Below are positions 1-12,569 of a stretch of DNA of 64,000 nt, piece after piece. The position numbers and the translations under genes are program-made. Source of the DNA: Fistulifera solaris (Eukaryota); the NCBI GenBank assembly GCA_030295235.1, contig AP026176.1:1-64000 (forward strand), read 5' to 3'. The notes beneath the pieces are model-generated. The model made no database searches. It was given only the letters and a program-made list of their open reading frames with translations, and was not told where the DNA came from. Each line of letters starts with the position of its first letter. Position 1 is the stretch's first letter.

Positions 1-63
1 CCTAACCCTAACCCTAGCCCCAGCCTAGCCCTAGCCCTAGCCCTAACCCTAACCCTAACCCTA
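1..63. repeat. Telomeric repeat array (CCCTAA)n with CCCTAG variants; chromosome end
   Basis: Window opens with cctaa|ccctaa|ccctag|ccccag|cctag|ccctag|ccctag|ccctaa|ccctaa|ccctaa|cccta, the C-rich strand in left-end orientation. Confidence 0.93.
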
Positions 64-1315
64 TTCTTGATTACTCGATGCCTGCCTTTACAATGTGCCT
101 TCGGATAGTCTGCATTTGATTATCCTCGCAATATTGAGCTACTTGTTACTTTGAAATCCTCCTTTCGACCGCGTTCAGCATGCGAGCGATACACGGCTTC
201 GAGTATGCGCCTTTGTAGTGTTCTGATACTTTGACGTTGGCCGATGATTTGATGTTGATGACGCGTTCGTCATCCAAACGGTCGTTATTTGCCCCACATC
301 CACTTTCGTTCCGTTTTGTAGCTCAAATTGTGTTCTTGCGGCTGAATTTGAGTCGACGGACAGAGAAGGAACATGAATTTTGTGATAGTAACGATGGAAC
401 ATTCGCCATTCAACAGTACTTCCGCTGTCATCGGCAAGTCATTCTGGTGAAGCGTGATGACCCGATTCATGTAATGATTGCTTTGTAAGTAAAATTGTCA
501 TTAGATCGGATGTGGAGCTATGAGCAACATTATTGCGAGTAACGAACGATCGGAGCAAAAGAGCAGGCGAGGATCCTTTCGTCGGCAGGTGATGAAAATA
601 AAGCAGTGCACAAAAGTCAATTGTACTATCCCCAGCAAGTAAAGCCTTCGTTTTAGCCGGCAGAAGCAAAGCTCAAATATTCTTCGTTCTTTTCGTAGCA
701 TCGCTGCTTGGTTTCTCTGCCTCTGACATGAATTATATGGATCATTGATTGCATGATGACTTCGAGCTCGTTTGCTCTCCTTTTCGTGTGGCGGCGGGCG
801 GCGGAGGCGGTGGTGAGTGACGGTGACGAGGGTTAAGCAGTCGTTAAGAAGTACTACGTATGCGTTCTTAGGAAGTAGTTAACAAAGTACCGGTACTCTG
901 TTGTGCAGTGTATCTGGTAATGGTACGACACACTTTCTTGAGTTTGCATCCGTGGTCACGTTTTAGCGATAGGGTTGCATACCTGGTAATGGGTAATGGT
1001 AAGGCTCCAACGTTTTTCTCTTGTCGCGCGCTTCGGATAATTACACTAAGTCAGATACGTAAAATAATTAGCTCCCTATCTATAGATTAATGTGTGCGAC
1101 ATGTAAGAATGATAAACTAGCATTGAGAACCGGTCTGATTACACTAGAATAAAGAGTAGCCATTCCAATCGGCCCCTCTTTGCCGGCAACGAGCAAAACC
1201 GAAGCACTTTCTTCGCCAAAACAAAGTCGAGGCAGAAAAGAAATCAATTGTACCTTAAATCTTTCGTTGTTGTGTCGAAACTGATGAACATAAGCGAAAG
1301 AACGAAAGAGAGACC

Positions 1316-2869
1316 ATGATTTATCTGTTGTTGCTGCTTCCGGCGGTTGTTGGCCTTTGCGAACTTCTGCGTCGCTATTTGAATTACCTTTTCACTCCGC
1401 TCAATCGCATTCCGGGTGAAAAGACTTCTTTCTTATGGGGATCGTTCTGGGAACTGCGTAATGAGCGTGGTCTAGCGGCCCATTTTCGAAGATGGAAGAA
1501 GGTGGGAGTCGACACTCCACTTGTTCATTACACGTATTTGTTCGGCACTCAATCTGTGCTTGTAACAGATCCGGATATTATCAAAACAATCCTTTTAGCT
1601 CCGAGTTGAGAAAGTCGGAAAGAAAAGTCGCTTTCACAAAGAGTCTTACTTCTTGGAGCAAGCTCTTGAGCAGGTCTTGTGGCTCTAGATGGTGTTGACT
1701 ACATGCGACATCGCCGCATTTGTCAGCCTTCCTTCAACACTGGCGTCATACGAGATCAGGTGAACGAAGTCATCCCCATCTCACAAAGAAGTTCGTTGAA
1801 TATTGGGAGATTGCGGCAGACACTGGAGTTGAAATCGATATAATGATTCATCTTTCAGCGCTCTCTCGACTCGGTAGGCTTTGTTTTGTTTGGGCACGAT
1901 TTCCGTGGAATGGATTCGGTCAAGGGATGGGCTGAAAAGACGAAGGATGCTCTTATGTCTGGTCAGAAAATCTCGGACGAAATAGGCAAAGAGGCATTTC
2001 GCTTCGATGATCCATTCATTGCAGGAGTTATGGAGGCTCATCATACCAACTTAATCACCATTGCCTTGATTGTCCTTGGTCTAGCATCTCTCGATCCCTA
2101 CATTAATCCGAAACGAATTAGGACAGACCGGGTCGTGAATGAAGCGACAGACAACATGATTGAAAACGCGAGAACCAGCGACAAGTATTCTCTTTGAAAT
2201 TGCTTTTGCAGGCGGGAGATCCTGAGGACGAAAAAGTCAAGTTGACTCAGGAAGAGCTTCGCCACGAATGCAAGACTTTTCTCTTGGCTGGACACGAAAC
2301 TACGGCAACGCTTGTACAGTGGACACTACTCGCATGCTGTAAGCACCCTGATGTTCAAGAAAAGCTTGTCGAAGATATTCACGTAAGCACTGGGGATTCC
2401 ACTAGTGACTTGACCCTCGACATTGCGGAGAAAATGGAGTACATGCAGGCGGTGATTAACGAGGTTTTGCGCATGTATCCTCCAGTTGCGATGATCATTC
2501 GTGTCAACAAAGAAAAGGAGATACTCGGGGCTACGAGATACCTGCTGGAACACGCTTGGGTCTTCCGATGTTGTTAGTCCACAGGCATCCCAAATTTTGG
2601 GATAAGCCTGATGAGTTCCGTCCGAAGCGCTGGCTTTGAAAACCCAGGAGCCTTCCACATCGAGTTGCGTTTTTCCATTCTCTGCAGGATCTCGTACATG
2701 TATTGGAAATCGCTTTGCGGTTTGGGAGGCGAAGATTATGCTGGCCGGGATTCTGAATGCTTTTAAGGTTCAACTAGCACCTTCTCAACGTGAAATCGTT
2801 CACGAGTTTGCTATTGATATCAGCATGAAGGCAGAGCCATCTATCCTTGTCTTGATAAAGAAGCGTTAA
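1316..2869 (+). CDS. Cytochrome P450 (about 6 frameshifts in this assembly)
   Basis: N-terminal hydrophobic anchor followed by IPG; C-helix-like YMRHRR; I-helix AGHETT; K-helix EVLR; heme motif FSAGSRTCIG; pieced from ORFs 1316, 1886, 2194 and 2636. Confidence 0.92.
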
Positions 2870-3283
2870 AGTTTTAAGGCGCGGAAACGATACATTCTAA
2901 GTCGACATTCTAACAGAAATGGTTGGCTCTCGTTTAGTTGGTGTTTAGTCGTCCTATCGCGTATTAGTGATTGTTATTTGTTGCTTCTTGCCAAAGTGCA
3001 CATCGTGAGTTTGCCATTTAACTCTGTTCGATGGGCTTTATATGTTACTTCGTAACCTTAGCTCAGTCCAAGCCGAACATCGTTGGATATCGAACCCGGA
3101 TGTGCCCTTGAGGTGCGCGAAGGCGCGGAAGCAATACTTATTGGATGCGCGCACGAGCGAGCGCCAAGGTGACGACGATGAAGCGCAACATGCAAGCAAC
3201 AAACAAAATATAATAGAAACCCCTTGCGCAACGGGAAGAGCTTTCTTTTTTATGCATCCGGAAAACACATAAAAGACTCGGAT

Positions 3284-6200
3284 ATGATACAATCATCCCT
3301 CAAGTCGGGGCAAAAGCGCTGCAGCCACTTCCCAGCAAATCCGTCTCCGACAAGAGAAATCTCCAAAGCTATCCTGTTGCCGAGGCCTTGTTGCAGGATC
3401 GACAATCTTTAAAATCGGATGAAGAAGCTGGTATCGAGGTATTAAAAGTTACAAAGGTAAGTAAGTCATATTTGTAAAGGACAGCGCCCAGTTATGAATT
3501 GTTTCTGACGAATTATTTTAATCAGCTATTCAAGTTACAACCTCGGCGAATCGCCATATCCCTGAATCGGAAGAACTTACTGGTGACTTCAGGACGTATT
3601 AAATCACTGAAAGGCATTTTACGAACAGCTATCTCTGCCAGGAGTATTTCTCTGGATCAGATTGATCGTATTCAGCGAGGATGTGTCACTAAACGCTTCC
3701 TGTCGGCCGCTCTTGAGCCAACTGCAATGCAACAAGCACTTTCGATAATATATTATGACTCAGGAAGCTTGGAATCTCTGGATCTAATCATACCTTCGCG
3801 GCGAGAATTTAAAATTGTTGTGCAGACTTTTGGAAGACTTGGCTGCATTGGCTGCAGTAGAGCGTCGGCGCTTATCGATTTTCGATCAAATCGCGCACTT
3901 TCATTTATCGCAATGCAGTATAAAACTCTCCGAATCCAGCATCTCTTACTCGCAATGGATGACAATAACTGATACGCTACACACTTCTCTTCCAAAGACG
4001 CGCTTAACAGACATTTTTCGGCGGCATTCCGATAAAGTTGCTCTGTCGGACGTTGGCTTGTTGTTATGTTACGTCTATGAAGAGTTGAACGCTGACAAGA
4101 CAGTGACACGGATATGGGACGAAATGTTGGAGGATGACCCAGTTAAAGACAAGGACAGCATTAGCGCAGTCGAGTTCCTTTCTTTCCTTCGAAAATATCA
4201 GAAATGCTCACATTATCAATTGGAGGAAGCTTGCGATCTCATACGCCGCTTACAATCAGGTCAGGAAGATCGCCTTACCAAAGCACAATTCTTGAAGTAC
4301 TTGACAGGTGATGCGAACGACTTGGTAGATCCCGAGCGGGCAAAGGAAGGAGTGCAAAACATGCACCAACCTTTATCTCGGTATTGGATACACAGTGCAC
4401 ACAGCACGTTTCGAACTACAGCGAAGCCAGTTAGTTTCGGCCGAACGTCGAGTAAAACCCAGCAGACATCGCGGATGAGCAAATGTATATGGCGGCATTA
4501 ATGCGCGGTGTGCGATGTTTGAACTGATAGTTTGGGATGGAATCGATCCCGACTCCGTGGTAGTGTCATCACAAAATCCAGCGAATTCGTCTTCCAGTTC
4601 GGTTCCTCTCGACGTGGTGTTGCGCATGATAGCCAATTTCGTGGAACAGTTTCCTTATTCTTTCCAATCATCCTACATTTGCAAATTTGCTGTCAGCAAC
4701 GTCTGCAAGCTCTGGCCGATCAGTTGGAATCCATCCTCGGCGCCTTCTTGCTTCGTCCGTCCAGCGGAGTGGATGATCACCTCAGTCTGCCGTCACCAGA
4801 CCAAGCACGAGGAAAAGTCATTATATTCAGCAAACGCCCCGTTGCTGGTTCTTCATCTGTCGTCATGGATGATTTTGATTGGGACATTGACAGCGAAAAG
4901 CAAATACCTGTTACTCATGAAGACGCGACGGTTGGAGATCGAACGAACAAAAGCGGCCGGCTTGTCGGGTTCGATGCGCATGGTCCTCTTTATTCTGTCG
5001 ACCCGGAATTATCCAGCAGGACACCCGATCAGTTATGGAAGCAGGCTATTATCGATGCTAAAGAAGCCACAGATTCTTTGGAGAAAGCTCAAGCACATGA
5101 ACGTGAACTGAACGACAAAGCGTTGCAACAAGCGAATTTGGCCGCAGAGCTCATGTCGCGTTTGGGAATTTCGCCGCATCAAATCAAAGAGAAAACATGT
5201 TTAGACCGCCGGAAAAACCCTACCAACGACCAAGTCATCTTTCAAGAAAGTCCTTCTATGGATGAAGAAGAAGGTGTCGAGATTCACGACATTTTGCCCC
5301 ATCTTGTAAGCGGAGATCAGACCCGTTACGAAAATGCTCTTTTAGAGGCTCAAGAAGCACAAAACGCGTAGAACATTGCAAAGAACGGTTAGAATTTGCT
5401 GAAAGAGAATTGGAAAGAGCGATTCAAGTTGCGCAATCCGATAAGGGAACCGACGTAGACGTTAGAGAACAAGCACGCAAAGCTGCAAACGAAGCTCGGA
5501 TACACAACGAAGATGCGATAGCGGCCGCCCAAAGGGTAGAACGCCTCAAAGAATTAGTTGCACAAATCGAAGACAAAGCTGGAAGTGCCGGAACCGTTGT
5601 ACAAACTGCGCTCACAGAGGCAAAAATATCCGAAAAACGTGCGTTCGATGCCGAGGCCCGAGCCGAACGAGCCCGCGTCGCCGCTGAACATGAGCGCAAG
5701 CGTGCTGAGGAAGAGACAAGGAAGGAAGAAATTTTAGAGAGGATTGTAAGTGATATTCACCAAGAGTGTCAGTTGGCGCAAAGTACATATGATCAGGTTC
5801 GTGAGCGGATTGAAAAGCAACTCTGCGTTTAGAACGGGCAAAAGAACAAATCCGATCGTTAGAAAACTCTAGCAAGTACCGAGAACAGTTGCTTTTGCAA
5901 GAAACGGAGTCCCGACCACTTGTAGTGCAGCACGCAGAAAAGATAGAGGAGCGAGACAATTGTTTAGCATTGATTGATAAGGCTACGCAAGAAAGTATTT
6001 TAGTCGACAAAAATCGAAAACAGTTGCAGCTGAAACTGGAGGAAAAGGCACAAGAGTGGCGGATCCAAGCCGAGCTCGCATCTCAGACACGTCGGAATGC
6101 AGATCGCTCGGTCCACGCCGCTGAAGAATTACTTGAGCATGCTATCGAAGAAAGAGAAGCGGCTGAACTTCGACACGTTGCGTACAAGAGAGCGGAATCA

Positions 6201-7467
6201 ACTGTCAGTGACCGCGGATCTCAGAAAGAATCGTTGTTCGCGCAACTAAAAGAAGCCGAACGTGCTTCTGTCGAAGCTGCTAAGCTTGCGGCGCAATCGA
6301 AACATCGCGCCTCCTTTCTGTTGGACGAACTTGATAAGGAAGCACTCAGTCTTACACAACAATTGGTCGATGAAAAGAAGTTGCACGTAGTACGATTGCA
6401 AGGCGAGCTCGACTCGGCACAACTATTGAAACAGCACAAAGAGTTGGAAGTTGAGAAAGAGGTACAACGATTGAAAACAGATTCGGAACTCATGAAAGGG
6501 ACAATGATAAGTGACGTCGTAACAGATAACAGTCAAGTGGACACCCCACGTGAAGCGGATGCTATCAGTGCTTACCAGAGCGCTGTTAAGCTGAAAGATG
6601 ACGCCAACAAGGCTTCGCTTTACACACAAGTTTTAATGAGTGAAGCCAACATGAAGCGTGAGGTGGCGAACCGGGCAAGTGAATACAAAATTCTGATGGA
6701 GATGACACTTGAGCTTCCAGACAAACTCAGTGCAATGATCTTCCTTTACTCCTGCCGATTGAGAAATTGGGCAAGCAGTATGTGTCTTTCGAATGTCCAT
6801 GCTCACAGTTTGTCACAGAGAGTGCTTGTCAAACGACTTGAAGAGAACGCCGGTGAAGAAGTCGACTTGAGAAAATTCACAAAAGATCATCTCTGCCGCA
6901 TTTTCCCTTATGGCAAAAGAACAAATCATTTCCTATGAAAGCGTGGTCTCTGGGATGTCAGTTCGCTGGCGTCAATCTTGCATTTCCTGATGAACAAGTA
7001 TTACTCGCAGAAGGCCGATTCCGTGAGAATGGTTCGTGTGGTTATGTGTTGAAGCCACGATATCTGACGCACGATTACGTTCGCGGAGCAGAACAGCCTC
7101 AACGCTGGGCTCTTCAAGTCATCAGCGGGTTTAACATTCCTTCATGCAGTAACAATGTCAATCTACGAGTCCAGGTCAAAGTGTGGACGGCGGACGGAGA
7201 GCCCATCATTCACGAGACAGGCGAAGTCAGTCGGAATTGTTTTAATCCATCGTGGGGAACGTGTTTGATCTGAAGATATCCGATCCGAGTATGGCCATGG
7301 TCAATTTCATCGTCTACAATGGCTCGGAATATCTCGCTGGTGCCTCTTTACCAGTTAGTTGCTGGAGGGAAGGATTTCGAAGCGTTGCACTTTTCAACGC
7401 AAATCATTCTCGTTCGGGGCCTTATGAGTTCGCTTGTCTGCTGGTTCAAGCAACACGGCACAGATGA
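3284..7467 (+). CDS. Phosphoinositide phospholipase C-like protein (PH, EF-hand, X, coiled coil, Y, C2); start approximate, frameshifted
   Basis: MHQPLSRYWIHSAHSTF, ALMRGVRC.ELIVWDG and LPSPDQARGKVII (X box); WSLGCQFAGVN...FRENGSCGYVLKP (Y box); C2-like C-terminus with NPSW and EGFRSVAL; GT-AG intron near 3457. Confidence 0.88.
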
Positions 7468-7541
7468 AGTTTGTTAATTAGCTAGAGGATTTTGAAAGAT
7501 TTTAGCGTGACTATTCGATATTAAAGTCTAGAGACTACCAG

Positions 7542-7613
7542 GGAAACGGCGTTAAAAATTCTGCCTCGTCGTAGACGCTACGTAGAATCGAGGCAGAATT
7601 TTAACGTCCTTTG
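7542..7613. repeat. Dispersed hairpin element, copy 1
   Basis: GGAAACGGCGTTAAAAATTCTGCCT...AGGCAGAATTTTAACGTCCTTT; homologous to copies near 31245 and 44886. Confidence 0.85.
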
Positions 7614-7861
7614 CATGTATTCGATAGGTGTATCTTCTTGAGAAAAACACTGATACTTCCACGTGAAAGCAAACTGTGCCTTTCGTCGTCCGTCCTGTGC
7701 CAGAATTAGTGCCGGTAAGATATCTTCCCCATAATACCGCAGTAAGCTGCTTCAACAATAGCGCTTTCACCTGCTCCATCTCAGCAACAACAACAATGAA
7801 GGAGACGTCGACCATTCTTTGAGCACATCTCTCAACATCTCGTATTGATTATCACAAGATC

Positions 7862-10469
7862 ATGTGCACAACAACTACAGTGCTACTTGCTTATCTGCTT
7901 TTGCTCGTAGCGGAGCCTTCTGGCGCTTTAGTTCATTCGAGATCGAGATTCAAAGGGCCAACCTTCTCCACTAGATCTAATCTTTCCAGATTCACGACAG
8001 CACAAGCAGCAGTTGCAAATGATAGAGAGACTTACGCAGAAGAATTAAAGCGAAAAGCTGCTGAGATACGACTTGAGGCGGAAAGCATGGATATAAAATT
8101 GACTTTAGAAAAGATTGCGTCGTTAGAGCGAAAAATTGCGGCGAATAAACAACAACATGAAATTGAAGAAATGCAAAGGCAACTGGAAGCTTTAAAGGGA
8201 GGCGACTAAACGGCGAGTCAAGCGTTAAGACGATTGCGACTGAAAAGACGGTGAAAAGAGTGAAATTGATTCAACAGACACTGCTCGACCATCAACTTCG
8301 ACACCCTCATTAAATGATTATATAACTCGTTCTTCGGCCATGACGTACGAAGATATGCTGAAAGAATGTCCCATTGCTGGTTTTGACGAGGAAGATCTTG
8401 CCCTTTACATTCCCGTGTGTCAGCGACTGGAGGAACAGATGCCAAATGCGACCGACGTTACTTTAATGACGGTCTTTCGACAGGAACAATCCTTACAAAA
8501 GCATTTTCAAGAAAAGGTTACCAAAATGATTGCGGAACCACTGGAGGACTTGCAGAAAATGGAGTCATTACGCAGTCAGTATCTGCAATCGACGAGCCGG
8601 CTTGAGAAAGATCAGCTAAAGCGAGAAATGAATGCACTGGAACGAAAACAGCAATCGATGATGGCGGGTAGTGATGGTGTCTTTTGAACCTCCCTCCTCT
8701 CACTCCAGAACGACTGAAGGAACGTTTGGATGCTATAGAAGCTCTGCCACGCACACTCAGAGCCGTTTACATGAGTAGGACTGGGTCTTTGAATACAACA
8801 ATGGCGATTTACTTGGACTATTATGACGCTCAGCTACAGTTACTTGAACAAGTTCCTCAAGTTGAAGGGATTGATCCTATGGAAGTCCGCCGTACCGTCG
8901 AGACATTACCATATGCACTACAAGAATATATAGCTGAAAAGGGAGGAGTAGCGGATGGATGGAATATTGATCTGTTGGTTGAAAATTGATGGAGAAAGAT
9001 GAGGACGAGCAACAGCCAGCGAATCAGTGGGCAAGGGTCCAAAATGGCGGTTTTTCCGTGACAGTCGAGCGTGGTGATACAACGGACATTGATTATCTTG
9101 ATCGATCCCGTTACGTTTCCGAGTTGTACCCAGCTCTGGCACGGATGCCGAGCCCTTCTCAAACCGAAGTGGAAGGAATACTGCAACGATTGGCGCCACT
9201 TTTATGGTTCGGTCAAAGCCAGAGAGAGTTGTTGGTGGCTATTATTTGCGCGGGGAAAACATGATTTCGGATGACGACAATGGGCTGAAGCTCAGCGAAA
9301 AATTGCAAGAGGTGTTTCGTGACACCAACATGCAATGTTTTACATCCAAGATCCGTCGCCTGTCAGTGACGAAAACTTCGAAATGGGTTATCAATATGAA
9401 TCGGTAATATTTGTCACATCCGGGAATTCTTCCGATTTATACCGTAGCGCCGGAACCGTTGAAAAGGTTGCGCTTGCCACTCTCTGTATTCATGGTATGG
9501 GTCTTTGCAGTCGCGGGCTGTGAAATGCAGCCAATTTTGAGCGAACGGATAGACCAGACACTCAGCGAAGTGAATGTTAACACTGCTGATTTATCGTGGC
9601 TTCTCAATATTCTCAATCCGACCATCATGTCCATGTTTACCATTTATTTATCTCACGAGCTTGGTCATAAGCTCATCGGTTGGAAGGACAACGTAAGTAC
9701 AGCAATAAGATTGATTGTGGTTGGAAATTACCGACAAAACTATTATCTTAGCCATCACTACAGTTTCAGGTTGGTCTGCCATCTCCAATCCCGTCTATCC
9801 AGCTGGGTATCTTGTCTTCGATTACACCTATCAAATCGCCTCCTCCCACGCTAAGATCAATGTTCGACTTCGCTATTGCGGGCCCTTTTTGGGCTGCTGG
9901 CGTCGTTTGCGTTTTCATAACTGGACTAACGATAACATCGTCGTCCGCCGATCTTTCTTTATTTCCAGCAGTGCCGGTTTACATGCTAAAGGCCAGTGCT
10001 GTATGCGGGGTCTGACAGAATTTTATTTGGGGAATGGAATTCTCGAGGTAGGGCCAACCTTGCCTCTTCATCCATATGCCATTAGCGGCGCCGTTGGGAT
10101 TCTTGCCAATGCTTTGGCGTTGTTGCCATTAGGACGTAAGTACAACGTATTCTTTTATCAATACATAAATGAGAATGATCTCACATCTCTGGCTTGCAGA
10201 AACGGATGGTGGACGCATCGCTCTAAGCATGTTTGGTAGACGAGGGCGTTCGTTATCAAGTCGTTCGCTGCGTTGCTCATCTGCTTATCCGGACTTGTAG
10301 GACTCGACAACTCACATATCCAATTGACGTATTTGTTGTTTGCAATTATTTGGCAAAGAGAACTGGAAACTCCAGCGCGGAACGAAGTTGCCGAAATAGA
10401 TGTTGCTAGAGGGCATGCGGGATTGCGATGGCTTTGCTAGTGTCCATGATTCTGCTTCCAGCTCAGTAA
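7862..10469 (+). CDS. EGY-like site-2 (M50) membrane metalloprotease, probably plastid-targeted; introns and frameshifts
   Basis: Signal peptide; SHELGH (HExxH); FDFAIAGP; LHPYAISG; NALALLPLG-intron-TDGGR; C-terminal PARNEV. Confidence 0.85.
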
Positions 10470-10569
10470 TTCAGTGATGAAATGTACAGTCCGCTGTGGC
10501 ATCAGCATTGCTGCACGCTGCACCAAACCTTAGAATAGCTATCTGCGAATTGTTATAGTTGATTCTTTT

Positions 10570-12491
10570 CAGTATCTAGCTTGTCGATACCAAAAACCGG
10601 CTAACTGGTAGCAGCTAAAGCATGGTGGGCTCACAGGAACTATAGAAAGATTTGGATCACTCTGTTCAGGACAGCCAGATCTACCGAAGGCATCCACGAA
10701 TTCGGAATTCCAATCCCAAAAGCACAAATTCGCACTAAAAATGTCGCACTATTGAACATTCGCGTGGCATTTCTTACCGGTGTGGTGTCCCATTCACTTA
10801 TATCAACGTTAAAAGCAGTCGCTGCACGGAACATGGCGTGCATAGTCTCTGCATTCTCGACTTGCCACCGGCTAATGTCTCCATTGAAAGACGATGCCGA
10901 ACGAAAGGTGCTATCGAAATTGAACACTTGACTTAGGTCCCAGAAACGGAGAACACCATTGAATGCCGAACGAGTGAAGTGACTTGTGCTGTGTTCCATA
11001 AGCGGATGTCGCCTTGAAAACTAGAAGCACCACGTAACTCGTGCTGTACTCCAAGACGACAAACTTTGATTGAAAGATCGGGCGCGAGCAAAGCAGAAAC
11101 TCAGATCCTGCAAATTCTCAGTGTTCCAGCCTCCGATTTCCTGGTTGATATTTGTAGTTAGTTGAAACATATTGCGAAACGACCAAACACGTTCTACATT
11201 CCATTCTCCAATACTTCCGTCAAAGGGTGTTGCAGCAAACATGTTGCTCATGTCCGTGACTTGTGATGTGTCCCAACTCGAAACGTCTCCTTCGAAGGAT
11301 GAGGCATTGTAAAACAAAGTCGACATATCGGCTACACGGGAAGTGTCCCACGCTTAATCATGATTGTATGATGTGGCTTACAGGAACTTCGCCTTGAGAC
11401 TCGTCTCGCTACTTGTATTCCACGGCAATGGTTGATTGAACGATGCAGTGTTGGCAAACGCAAACTGCAAATTTAAGCGGCTATCACCATTGAAAGCAGA
11501 GGAGAAATCTTGCACTTGCAATGCATTCCAATTCTCCAATCCTATCCCAGTAAAGGACGAAGCGCCCCGAAAGGCAGCCTGTTGCGATTCTATATATCCC
11601 ACGAGCTTGAATTACTGTTGAATGCCGTAGCACCGCTGAATGCGTCTTTCAAATCTGTTAGACTGGCTGCATTCCAAGGAAGAGCTCCGTGGAACGCGGC
11701 GGCACCGAAGAAAAGGGAATTCATTTTCATGCCACTCCATGTATCCCAGTTGCTTATATCTTGATCGAAAAATTCGGCTTTCGCGTTTCGTGTGACTGAA
11801 AAGAGTTGTGTCATGTTGGTGATGGCTACAACATTCCATTGATTGATTGAGAAGTTTGCTTCGGAATTCAGATACTGACCCACGGCCTCATACAGTTGCT
11901 CCGTCGTTGTAAAAGTAACACTTTAGGATAGATCCTGTAGCTGTTGAGATAGCTGTCGGGGTAACTGATAGAAAGTACTTGCTGAATGAGGGGATTTTGT
12001 CGGCAGAAACGTCACATTCATAGGACGACTGAAAGCTTCCTATTCGTCCTCTGGCTTCAGTAACGTAATGATAGCAATCAAAAAGGCAATCAGTAGCAAT
12101 AAGGCAAATGAAATCAGCCAAACTCGTTGACTGCGACGAAGTTGTCGATCCGACATGGACGTTTGATGATTCACTATTTGTAGTGTCGTTTGTGAATTGC
12201 TGTCGTGTGATGGCAAATGCTGCTGTGCATCCTCATAGTCTTCCTCTTGACTCGTCGATACTCTCAGTAAATCATTCTTTGCTCCGGGAGATGCCACTTC
12301 ACTCGGATCATAATCATCCGTCTCATGAGAATACATAATTTCATCCGCATTTTGAAATTCATCCGAAGGAATATCCGTATCGACCGAAAAGATGGGAGAC
12401 GAATCTCCATAGTTTGGCGCTGATCTTCCGTTCCGCTTTTCTTATCACTAGTCTCTTCAATCCGTCTGCGATCTACATTTTGATCGGACAT
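10570..12491 (-). CDS. Type II membrane protein with DUF285/BspA-like ~25-aa repeats; ends approximate, frameshifted
   Basis: Acidic N-terminus, TM segment VWLISFALLLLIAFLIAIITLL, then many repeats of the type FxxDISxWDTSxVTDMSNMF. Confidence 0.85.
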
Positions 12492-12569
12492 GCTCAAAGG
12501 CTTTGAAGCGGCAATAAGGAAAAAGGGACGATCCTTTTCTGCATGAGTAATAACATTCGAAACGAAAAT

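Noticed and set aside
64..740. Possible minus-strand gene next to the telomere
   Set aside because: Only short ORFs with no recognisable motif; cannot support a call
10570..12491. Bacterial contamination or recent horizontal transfer
   Set aside because: Embedded among intron-containing genes on a telomere-capped contig, with eukaryote-style type II topology; no phylogeny available
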